Positions 1-7,402 of a stretch of DNA of 22,277 nucleotides are shown one piece after another. Every line of letters begins with the position of its first letter. The first letter of the stretch is position 1. The DNA is from a virus. Its lineage: Duplodnaviria > Heunggongvirae > Uroviricota > Caudoviricetes. Below the pieces are notes generated by a model. The model was not told where the DNA came from. It was given only the letters and a program-made list of their open reading frames with translations, and ran no database searches. Location: positions 1 to 22,277 of the IMG/VR virus record IMGVR_UViG_3300044970_001522; one strand, 5' to 3'. The position numbers were made by a program, and so were the translations under genes.

Positions 1-38
1 CAAATGGGGTAGTCACCCCCGGCACATTATGCAGCCAA

Positions 39-112
39 GCCTCCTTAGCTCAGCGGATTAGAGCACACGGTTTCGGCCCGTGGTGTCAGAGGTTCGAATC
101 CTCTAGGGGGCG
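39..112 (+). tRNA. tRNA-Arg(UCG), no encoded CCA
   Basis: Full cloverleaf: acceptor GCCTCCT/AGGGGGC, D-stem GCTC/GAGC, anticodon stem CACGG/CCGTG with loop TTTCGGC (anticodon TCG 73-75), T-arm AGAGG-TTCGAAT-CCTCT. Confidence 0.95.
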
Positions 113-184
113 TAACCTTACAAGGTTACCCACGTATTGAGTCCGGTTTGCCCCTTGCAAGGAGCATACGGCCTTAAGCCAAAA

Positions 185-258
185 GCCCTGTTAGTTCAGC
201 GGATTAGAACATCTCTTTCCTAAAGAGAATGTCGCAGGTTCAAATCCTGCACAGGGCG
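185..258 (+). tRNA. tRNA-Arg(CCU), no encoded CCA
   Basis: Acceptor GCCCTGT/ACAGGGC, D-stem GTTC/GAAC, anticodon stem TCTCT/AGAGA with loop TTCCTAA (CCT 219-221), T-arm GCAGG-TTCAAAT-CCTGC. Confidence 0.95.
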
Positions 259-276
259 TTTCACAGTTAATCCCAC

Positions 277-414
277 GTGGCACGCTTACTCACCCGCCCC
301 TTCCTACTCACCGGTCTCATTCTCTTTGGAGCAGGGGTCGCCGTACCAGGAGCACTGGGACTCTTGCTCTCGATGTTGGGAGGAGGCATTGTAGGATTGG
401 CGCTATTTGCTTAG
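277..414 (+). CDS. Small hydrophobic membrane protein, 45 aa (not in ORF track)
   Basis: GTG..TAG, MARLLTRPFLLTGLILFGAGVAVPGALGLLLSMLGGGIVGLALFA; almost wholly hydrophobic; fills the gap between tRNA and promoter. Confidence 0.55.
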   Translation: MARLLTRPFLLTGLILFGAGVAVPGALGLLLSMLGGGIVGLALFA

Positions 415-442
415 TTAGAGAGGAGGGTGACCGCCCTAACTC

Positions 443-486
443 GGACGGTTCCCCCGCTTTCCCTCACAGAGCAAAAGCGGTATAGT
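443..486 (+). promoter_or_regulatory. Promoter cassette copy 1
   Basis: GGACGGTTCCCCCGC, -35 position TTTCCC (458-463), 17 nt ending AAAGCGG, TATAGT (481-486); ATG 7 nt downstream. Confidence 0.7.
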
Positions 487-529
487 TAAAGTATGGAAAA
501 CACCGCCCCCTCGCTGTGGGATTCTCTGG

Positions 530-886
530 TTGTCCCTCCCGGAGCAAAAATCCCCAGTTCACCCAATCTTCAGCCAAGCTGCTGAGCACTTTCACGTTAC
601 TTTGCGGTTTGGTGTGTTCGAGAATGAGATTCCAGACGGGATCTTAGGGAGAACTTTCACGGCTCGTGCCACTGAAAACTGCTTTGGCGACCGCATTCAT
701 GCCTTACGAGTTGAACTCCCGAGCGGGATCCGGAGTGTTTGCTTGAACAAGAACCCCCACATGACAATTTCGATGCTTCCCGGAGTTCGCCCCGTTGAGT
801 CGAATGTGATGCTTCAATCTCCACTCAGTCTAGAGAAGGTGAATTTTAATCTTTCCCTCATTTGCGAGTTTGTACCCTTTCCCTGA
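530..886 (+). CDS. 2H phosphoesterase (cyclic phosphodiesterase-like); true 5' end uncertain
   Basis: Two HxT motifs (FHVTL, PHMTIS) followed by PGVRPVESN, as in tRNA-ligase CPDase-like/phage 2H proteins; frame is open upstream to 440. Confidence 0.75.
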   Translation: MSLPEQKSPVHPIFSQAAEHFHVTLRFGVFENEIPDGILGRTFTARATENCFGDRIHALRVELPSGIRSVCLNKNPHMTISMLPGVRPVESNVMLQSPLSLEKVNFNLSLICEFVPFP

Positions 887-889
887 CCC

Positions 890-1117
890 ATGAACAACTT
901 CCCTGAGAAAATTGTCTCCTTTAAGGTAGTCCCTCAGAGCGTTTCAGTTTACACCACCCCGGACGACAGTAAAATAACTACTGTTGTAACCGAACATGTA
1001 GTTGCTCTCGACTCTCACGGAAAACTCTGGGTGAGACTACTAATGGGGAACTACGAAGATGAACTTCCATGGAAATGTTTAACCCCTACATCCACCTCGG
1101 CAAACTCTCATGAATGA
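890..1117 (+). CDS. Hypothetical protein, 75 aa
   Basis: ATG start 3 nt after previous stop; overlaps next start. Confidence 0.7.
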   Translation: MNNFPEKIVSFKVVPQSVSVYTTPDDSKITTVVTEHVVALDSHGKLWVRLLMGNYEDELPWKCLTPTSTSANSHE

Positions 1118-1373
1118 ACAACAAGAGTACTACGATGAGCTGGAGCAGTACATGAGAGACCTTGCAGCCGAACTCGGAGTTTCTGTGAGTTGCGCTCAAG
1201 ACGTGTGGTACTTGCGCACTCGATCTCGACACACTCCGACGCTGGAAGCCGAGCTAATTGCACTTCACGCTGCGGGTAGTCCCCCGAACATGTGTGACTT
1301 CGGTGTAACTGATGCCACCCAGGAAAACATTCGGAAAGTTTGTGAAAACGTCGGGAGTCTTCATGGGAACTGA
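1110..1373 (+). CDS. Hypothetical protein, 87 aa
   Basis: ATG start overlapping upstream gene end; same-strand packing. Confidence 0.75.
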   Translation: MNEQQEYYDELEQYMRDLAAELGVSVSCAQDVWYLRTRSRHTPTLEAELIALHAAGSPPNMCDFGVTDATQENIRKVCENVGSLHGN

Positions 1374-1542
1374 AAGAGACGGGGAAGACGCGGAACTGTT
1401 CCGATTTTGGGCACAAGAAATGTGCTCTAACCGCAGACAGGTATCCAACGCTTTAGAGTGGTGCCGAACACCATCCGAAGTTCGAAGCGCACTCTCGGCG
1501 ATTCGTGCGCTGAACAAAGCTTGTCCAAAAAACAACACCTGA
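1363..1542 (+). CDS. Hypothetical protein, 59 aa
   Basis: Internal ATG (1363) of track ORF 1312..1542, overlapping upstream gene end. Confidence 0.6.
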   Translation: MGTERDGEDAELFRFWAQEMCSNRRQVSNALEWCRTPSEVRSALSAIRALNKACPKNNT

Positions 1543-1554
1543 GGGATACCTGTC

Positions 1555-1704
1555 ATGGCGTCAAACGTGAAAGACAACACCGTTGAAGTTCGCTTGCTGA
1601 GTGAGATCCCGTATCAAATTCCCGTAGTGAGAGAGCCCGAGTGGAAGCGAAGCGTCTACAAGCAAATTCAAGCCGAGTTTCGACTCGATCGAGAAAGATG
1701 CTAA
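1555..1704 (+). CDS. Hypothetical protein, 49 aa (not in ORF track)
   Basis: ATG..TAA, MASNVKDNTVEVRLLSEIPYQIPVVREPEWKRSVYKQIQAEFRLDRERC; preceded by GAGGG; fills gap before tRNA-Thr. Confidence 0.6.
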   Translation: MASNVKDNTVEVRLLSEIPYQIPVVREPEWKRSVYKQIQAEFRLDRERC

Positions 1705-1724
1705 GGTAGGGCCGGGGAGAACCC

Positions 1725-1796
1725 ACCCACGTAGCACAGCGGTAGTGCAGCCGTTTCGTAAGCGGCAGGTCGCTGGTTCGAATCCAGTCGTGGGTT
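1725..1796 (+). tRNA. tRNA-Thr(CGU), no encoded CCA
   Basis: Acceptor ACCCACG/CGTGGGT, D-stem GCAC/GTGC, anticodon stem GCCGT/GCGGC with loop TTCGTAA (CGT 1757-1759), T-arm GCTGG-TTCGAAT-CCAGT. Confidence 0.92.
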
Positions 1797-1861
1797 TTGC
1801 CCCCTTGTCCACTTCCCTAAGCCAACCTTGGTTACTACCCTCTAACTCCCGCACAAAACAC

Positions 1862-2181
1862 ATGACCGCACCTGATATTACATCAGTCGAAACCACCGGA
1901 AGCGTTGTAACCCCAGTGACGTATGAGACTGTATACTGTACGAAGTACGCCCTTTCCAAAGGAATTTTAAGGTCACTGGAGAGGCTACGGACCACGGAAA
2001 TTTCTCAGAAAAGCCCTATAAAGCCTACCGTACCCTATTTCTTGGCAGTAGCGACTGGCACCGAAGCTGGGACGAAGCAGTAGTGGACGCGGAGAGACGG
2101 TTAGGTCGGAAGATTGACTCACTGAAAAGGAAAATCGTTGAGTTAAACCAGCTTAAGTTTGTAGAGGTTGACCGACCCTGA
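1862..2181 (+). pseudogene. Phage hypothetical gene split by a -1 frameshift near 1964-1972
   Basis: Frame of ATG 1862 reads ..TKYALSKGIL. The -1 frame (open 1927-2181, no ATG) continues KVTGEA..DWHRSWDEAVVDAERRLGRKIDSLKRKIVELNQLKF. The join resembles a common phage family pattern (KYALTxGI..WHxTxEEA..KIxSL) from memory. Confidence 0.65.
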
Positions 2182-2230
2182 ACCTTGTCTGTGCTGTGGC
2201 TCAAGGTTGCCCTTTCCACCTGAACAAGAA

Positions 2231-2293
2231 CGGGTAACCGGTTGCCGTAGGGCGGTTTCCCGGCTTGTTTCTGCGGAGCAGAAGCGGTATACT
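2231..2293 (+). promoter_or_regulatory. Promoter cassette copy 2 (full length, with spacer hairpin)
   Basis: CGGGTAACCG (2231), GGGCGGTTTCCCGGC (2250), TTGTTT (2265), 17 nt, TATACT (2288). Confidence 0.85.
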
Positions 2294-2319
2294 TACTTTA
2301 GTGCAAACCCTCAAGTCCA

Positions 2320-2484
2320 ATGACCCCCCTCGAAGCCTTTGAAACAATCTACAGCAGGTTGAACTTTCTGGAACGTGATTGTTTGTATGGCGAAGAAGCT
2401 GAGGTTGTTCGAGAGGCACTAGACTCAATGGCCATACTTTGTGGTGGTTATTTTCCACCCGAACCCGACTCCGAATCCTACTAA
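2320..2484 (+). CDS. Hypothetical protein, 54 aa (not in ORF track)
   Basis: ATG..TAA, MTPLEAFETIYSRLNFLERDCLYGEEAEVVREALDSMAILCGGYFPPEPDSESY; first ORF after promoter copy 2. Confidence 0.65.
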   Translation: MTPLEAFETIYSRLNFLERDCLYGEEAEVVREALDSMAILCGGYFPPEPDSESY

Positions 2485-2540
2485 TGTTGTTAAGTAAGCA
2501 CAGTGAAAGAGCTGACCCCCCAAACCGAACTTGGTGTGAA

Positions 2541-2993
2541 ATGAGTAAGGAAACTGATGATCAGAGCTTAGCACCACGTATACTAGCAATGTGCAAGAGG
2601 CGTGGTTGGTCACTGCACTGGTCGGCTCGTGGCGCATACCTACACCTTGAGTCATCAGAACTAATTGAGGCGCTTCGTGGAAAGCGTGGTGACCCGAAGT
2701 CGGAAGCCGCAGATGTTCTGCTTGTTTTGATGTCAATCACAGAGGCTAATGGGATCTCCTGGTCAGACGTTGTTGCGCAAGCTACAGCAACCTGTGCACG
2801 GCTGGAGACTTGCGACCCGTACCCTGGAGAAGAGAGACAAGAGATTGAACGCGCCATGATTCAAACCCCTCACACTCGCTCTACCCCGTTTCGAATGCCT
2901 GCACAAAATACAGTCTGGACCCTTGTTACTGCGTTTCAAACTATACTCTTGTGTTGGGAAATTGCGGTGGCCTTAGACCTTTTTCCCCAATAA
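2541..2993 (+). CDS. MazG-like nucleotide pyrophosphohydrolase
   Basis: All-alpha NTP-PPase ExxE..ExxD signature: LESSELIEA..KSEAADVLLVLM; start moved to ATG 2541 within track ORF 2439..2993. Confidence 0.7.
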   Translation: MSKETDDQSLAPRILAMCKRRGWSLHWSARGAYLHLESSELIEALRGKRGDPKSEAADVLLVLMSITEANGISWSDVVAQATATCARLETCDPYPGEERQEIERAMIQTPHTRSTPFRMPAQNTVWTLVTAFQTILLCWEIAVALDLFPQ

Positions 2994-3143
2994 AATGCTA
3001 GCATACATCCCTGTTTTAGACAGGGAGCCATTTTGTTATCCTCATTCGGGGGCAGACACTCCGGTGTTCCTACCTCGAGTAGCTTGGATTTCGGCTCGGT
3101 CTGGCTCTCAACCTGGTTTCTGGACGCACTGCGCATACCACTA

Positions 3144-4040
3144 ATGACTCTAACTACAAGAACCGCCCTACAACGCCTGATACAACTTGAAGACCGCAAA
3201 GGACCTGCCCCGGCAATCGCAAATGCCTGGACCGACGCTATCGCCGATGCTCGCGCTGCCCTAAGGGCAGAACCAGAAGAGGAGCAGTTGCGCCTAGTCA
3301 AGCAAGGTATTGCGTTCTGCTTTGACAAGTTTCGGCCTGGCCCCTTTGAAGCCCGTTACATTGACCCGTGGGTTGTAGCTGACGTGTTCGGGCCAGAAGC
3401 GTTGGCCGAGTTCGGCGGGTCCATACCTTCACCGAAGCAGGGGCAGAGTGACGCCGTCTTGGAAGGCAGCTTCCGAAACTGGTACGAAATTACCCACGGC
3501 TCCCCCTATTTTAGATCCATTCCCCTTTGCGATGCAATTCGTTGGGTCCAGCACCTGCTACAGCGCAGTGCCCAATCAGAGCCGGGGCCGAGCCTAGCCG
3601 ATGTTAGACAACTGTGCGCAGACAACGAAATTTCAATGGTTGTTGACTCAAACGACTTTGACACCGTTGTTGTCGCAATTCTAGAGATCGTTCGCACCGC
3701 ACTTGCCCGTAGGGTAGCTTTACCACCCCTGATCACGGGAGTGGACCAGTGGTATCCCGACTTCGCAGACTGGCTTGAGCGTGAGATGCCAGAAGGCACA
3801 GTTATAGGTGATCCGTTGTGGTGGGCTTCGAAGATTGCTGACCGAATCATCTGCACCCCCGCCCTGCTCCAGCAGGTCTCCACCCAGAAAGCGCCGAAAC
3901 GGGTAGAGGGGGTGAGGGAGTTAGTGGAAGAACTGGAACTGATGGCCAAGCGTGCCGCAGATGCTCTTCAGTTTGGTGATGCTCACTTTCTCTTCCGCAC
4001 CGTCGCCCTGCTCCAACAACTACAAACCGAACAGCCATGA
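3144..4040 (+). CDS. Mosaic phage hypothetical protein (ARAAL/EPGP module family)
   Basis: ATG 3144 inside track ORF 3033..4040; modules AIADARAALRAEPE and EPGPSLADV..IVRTALAR. Confidence 0.75.
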   Translation: MTLTTRTALQRLIQLEDRKGPAPAIANAWTDAIADARAALRAEPEEEQLRLVKQGIAFCFDKFRPGPFEARYIDPWVVADVFGPEALAEFGGSIPSPKQGQSDAVLEGSFRNWYEITHGSPYFRSIPLCDAIRWVQHLLQRSAQSEPGPSLADVRQLCADNEISMVVDSNDFDTVVVAILEIVRTALARRVALPPLITGVDQWYPDFADWLEREMPEGTVIGDPLWWASKIADRIICTPALLQQVSTQKAPKRVEGVRELVEELELMAKRAADALQFGDAHFLFRTVALLQQLQTEQP

Positions 4041-4732
4041 CAACATCAAATGACTGGGCAAAAGCACTTACGAGCTTTGTCGATGAGATTGGAGGCGATG
4101 GCCCTTCTCTTTGGCAGTGGGCCGGAATTACTCCGACTCCAGAAAAAGTTGTGGACTACCTTCGAGATCAAGTCCATTATCTTATAGCGCTGTACACGCA
4201 CCCTATGCCTATCGCTACCCGCCCCCTCACGGTTGATGATCTTGCGGATATAATGCGGGGTGACACACTTAACCCAATTACCGCTGGTTTTACGGTAGAA
4301 GACCTTGCTCGTCATCTGCTAACGCACCCTGCTACTGCACCGTTGCTTAATTCCGCACTACACACACACTCTGGTACACCTGCCTTAGAAGAAACAGACC
4401 GGCTCGCAGTTGACCAGTTTGCCGCTGCAATGAAACTTAAACTTTCCCGAAAGAGCAAAGAAGGCAAGCAAGGGTGGAAAGAAGCATCCGCTGAGCACCT
4501 GTCTCGTCTTCTATGCGAACACATTCGCAAAGGGGACCCCGTAGATGTTGCAAACTTTGCCATGATGCTACATCAGAATGGTCAAAGCATTTTACCGGAT
4601 TGCACACCCATGGTAGACGTGGGCGCCTTGATTCATACTCTTACTCGTGCTGCGAACTTAATACAGGGGCAGATGGAGAGGATAGCCGAACTTGAGGCGC
4701 AAAATGTTGAACTTGGACGGTTAGGTTGGTAG
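4037..4732 (+). CDS. Phage hypothetical protein with KGDPVDVANFAMM domain
   Basis: ATGA overlap with upstream stop; LAVDQFAAAMKLKL..GW..HIRKGDPVDVANFAMML is a recurring phage motif. Confidence 0.8.
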   Translation: MTTSNDWAKALTSFVDEIGGDGPSLWQWAGITPTPEKVVDYLRDQVHYLIALYTHPMPIATRPLTVDDLADIMRGDTLNPITAGFTVEDLARHLLTHPATAPLLNSALHTHSGTPALEETDRLAVDQFAAAMKLKLSRKSKEGKQGWKEASAEHLSRLLCEHIRKGDPVDVANFAMMLHQNGQSILPDCTPMVDVGALIHTLTRAANLIQGQMERIAELEAQNVELGRLGW

Positions 4733-4877
4733 CTAGCGCACAATGACCCTGGGGTTACGAGTTTACTTTAACCGAGTGCTACCAACACTAAGGGGTGTGA
4801 AATCACCCTTTAAACGAATGTTCTCTGGGCGTACCACCGGAAATTCTACATCCGTTTTCGACACTCAGTTCTAGTCT

Positions 4878-6554
4878 ATGAAACCATTAACCCTGGTCGA
4901 GCTAATTGCAAAGGAATCGTTGGTCGAGCTGCGCTACAGCGATGCCCTAAGCAGTACTCTCCCCAGCTTCAGCCGCTTTCAAGTAACAGTGAACGGGGTT
5001 CGCCGCAATATCACTGGACCGGCAACGCTAATTGACGGTGGAAAAACCGTTCGCTTAAATCTTGCCTCAGCGGTCCTCGCCACAGACACCGTCGCTGTCA
5101 CTTACACCAGCGTCAACAGATTCGACAAGATCGGTTACGGCGACATTCGCTCTCTCAGCACCAATGAAAAGGCGATCTTCTTTCGCAACCAAAAGGCCGC
5201 CAACATCACGCCACCGGTCAATCAGCCTGGTCCCGACCAAGTTCTGTTCTGGATTAGCTGTGCTCTGGAAGCAATCCAATCAGCGGGCAGCAATGGAAAA
5301 CCTGGAGTGCCTCCTACCACGGGTAGTCGTCTGATGGCAATGCTTTCCACGGCAATGTTGGACACTCGGGCAGCGTTCGGTGATCAAGTGGCCTTCTACA
5401 AGATCGACCAAAACGCACCCGCTGCCGCTAGCGTAGATGCCGCGTTGATTGGTGCGGCCTACCGCATTCTTTCGTTGGAGCTTCCTGGAGAACAAGAAAT
5501 ACTCCAAAAGCACTACAAATCAAGTCTGGCCAATCTGACGGGAACCTCGCAGAGCATTCACTCTGGCTTAGCCCTGGGGTCCGGAATAGCTGATCAAATC
5601 CGCTCACTAAGATCCAACGACGGATCAACGAATAATACACCTTATCAACCACCTGCTAACGGCCTTCCGGGGTACACTTGGATGCCCGCTGTGACGGGGC
5701 CTACTGCAGGTGCAGCCTTGGGCCCAAACTGGGGATCAGTCTCCCCGTGGGGTTTAGAAAGTAAACACACATATGGGACCAACGGTCTACAGGGCAAGCC
5801 AGACGTGAATTTGGACCTGTACGCCAGAGACTTAGCTGAAGTGCGTTTGTACGGCGGACTAACAAACACTGCAACCACCACCTCGCGCCGCAATGCTGAT
5901 CAGACGGACATTGCTCTTTTTTGGGCTTACGATCGGCCTGACACCTATAGGCCGTATGGTCAGTTGTTTGATATTGCGACTGAAATAGCAACGAACCAAG
6001 CAACAACCCCAGCTAACAACGCTAGGTTATTCGCTAGCTTAAGCGTCGCCATGGCAGACGCCGTAACCGTGGCATGGAAGGAAAAATACGACAATGTTCA
6101 GCCTCGACCGTGGGACGTAATCACTGGCAGTTTTTCCGACGAAGACGGCTCAGACCTCACTGTCCGAGACACAGAGTGGAAGTCGTTGCTTTCCTCCATA
6201 AACGGAGTACAATCTCCACCGTTCCCTGACTTTATATCTGGCCACTCAGTAATGGGCGGGGTATTTGCGAGTGTAATGACACACTTTTTCGGCGACAAGC
6301 TCGTCTGGTCAACGACTTCGCAGGACCTTCCCGGAAAGTCTCGATCTTTTGACGGTCGCATTGCAAACGGGAGTCTAGGTGATATAAGCTCCGTGACAAG
6401 CTCTAGCCTGTGGAAAGATAACAGCTTCTTTGAAGCTGGCTTGGAAAATGCCATAGGACGTGTTTATGGTGGCGTTCACGTTCGAGAAGCATGCGAGGAT
6501 TCTTTTCTCTTGGGAGTTGAGATAGGAAATTCCACAGTGCAAAAGCTGAGCTAG
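4878..6554 (+). CDS. SwmB-repeat domain fused to vanadium-dependent haloperoxidase / PAP2-superfamily domain
   Basis: N-terminal about 110 aa SwmB-like repeat (LRYSDAL..FQVTVNG..VRLNLASAV..DTVAVTY). C-terminal PAP2/VHPO motifs KYDNVQPRP (Kx6RP), PPFPDFISGHS (xSGH), GRVYGGVH (Rx5H). Confidence 0.85.
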   Translation: MKPLTLVELIAKESLVELRYSDALSSTLPSFSRFQVTVNGVRRNITGPATLIDGGKTVRLNLASAVLATDTVAVTYTSVNRFDKIGYGDIRSLSTNEKAIFFRNQKAANITPPVNQPGPDQVLFWISCALEAIQSAGSNGKPGVPPTTGSRLMAMLSTAMLDTRAAFGDQVAFYKIDQNAPAAASVDAALIGAAYRILSLELPGEQEILQKHYKSSLANLTGTSQSIHSGLALGSGIADQIRSLRSNDGSTNNTPYQPPANGLPGYTWMPAVTGPTAGAALGPNWGSVSPWGLESKHTYGTNGLQGKPDVNLDLYARDLAEVRLYGGLTNTATTTSRRNADQTDIALFWAYDRPDTYRPYGQLFDIATEIATNQATTPANNARLFASLSVAMADAVTVAWKEKYDNVQPRPWDVITGSFSDEDGSDLTVRDTEWKSLLSSINGVQSPPFPDFISGHSVMGGVFASVMTHFFGDKLVWSTTSQDLPGKSRSFDGRIANGSLGDISSVTSSSLWKDNSFFEAGLENAIGRVYGGVHVREACEDSFLLGVEIGNSTVQKLS

Positions 6555-6573
6555 TACTTGTTGTACCTTGACT

Positions 6574-6617
6574 AGGGGTTTCCCCGCCTTGCTTTCTTGG
6601 GGGTCACACGATATGAT
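6574..6617 (+). promoter_or_regulatory. Promoter cassette copy 3
   Basis: AGGGGTTTCCCCGCC, TTGCTT (6589), 17 nt, TATGAT (6612). Confidence 0.7.
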
Positions 6618-6745
6618 TATACCACGAGCCCAGTACCCCCTTTTCTTTCCGCCCCTGCACAAGGAGCCCACGTATATGCCCAACCAAAGCATCCGAGACC
6701 TACAGGATTCCTTAAATAAACCTGACATAACGTTTTGGAATAGAC

Positions 6746-7402
6746 ATGTTCAACCCTAACTTGCGTGAACTGTGCGCTGAACTCCTATTCGCCTTAGATG
6801 AGGCTTCTGAGGCACTTGACCGTACGAGCGACTGCTGCTATGTCAGTTTTCCAGAGGTCTACGCTCAGTGCTCAGACCTAATCGGAAAACACGACAAGCT
6901 CCTTGAAACAGCTCGGGCCGCACTGAATGGGCCGGTATTAGACGAAACCAACGATCTCGCCATAGGGCGTCGTGGACTAAACAACACAGAGGTCCTTAGA
7001 GACGCCATCTCTTGGTTAGGTTGGAGACCAGAGGGGAAACCCAGCCTGCCGGGCTCTGACATCATTTCAAACTCAGACGAGATACGACGTTGGAACGCCA
7101 TTGCTCGCGCCCTGGCTACCTTAGCAGGTCCCCTTTCGTGTTACGGGAAAGTCTATGATGCTTGCCCGGACCATGAAGAAGGTACTAGTAGGGTCCTGAG
7201 CATAGCTAAAGAGATCGACAAGTGTTTCGGCGCTGTCGAGAAGATTCGGCTCGTTATGTCTACGGAAGAACAACAGCGGTACGCGGCACGGATCGCTAAA
7301 ATTGATGCTCGAAACAAGGTAGCTCAACAAAACTACACGAAAACTATAGAAGACTTTAAAAAGTCGATGCCGCCAACCAAGCACCGCACTAAAACGCCAT
7401 GA
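6746..7402 (+). CDS. Mosaic phage hypothetical protein (LRELCAELL/ARAAL family)
   Basis: ATG start; NLRELCAELL..LLETARAAL; ATGA overlap with next gene. Confidence 0.8.
   Translation: MFNPNLRELCAELLFALDEASEALDRTSDCCYVSFPEVYAQCSDLIGKHDKLLETARAALNGPVLDETNDLAIGRRGLNNTEVLRDAISWLGWRPEGKPSLPGSDIISNSDEIRRWNAIARALATLAGPLSCYGKVYDACPDHEEGTSRVLSIAKEIDKCFGAVEKIRLVMSTEEQQRYAARIAKIDARNKVAQQNYTKTIEDFKKSMPPTKHRTKTP

Noticed and set aside
1-30. GGGGT-AGTC-ACCCC hairpin at the window edge
   Set aside because: Truncated context; cannot tell terminator, RNA end or chance.
121-184. Possible tRNA remnant or small RNA between the two tRNA-Arg genes
   Set aside because: Only a short CCTT-GC-AAGG hairpin; no D- or T-arm consensus.
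1679-1707. TTCGAC-17-TAAGGT promoter for tRNA-Thr
   Set aside because: Spacing fits but both hexamers are weak and the upstream box is absent; lies inside a CDS.
1745-1861. 5' extension of track ORF 1745..2083
   Set aside because: Overlaps tRNA-Thr; ATG 1862 is the plausible start.
4790-4811. AAGGGGTG-TGAAAT-CACCCTTT hairpin as terminator
   Set aside because: Reasonable stem but no U-tract beyond the stem; cannot be supported as a terminator.
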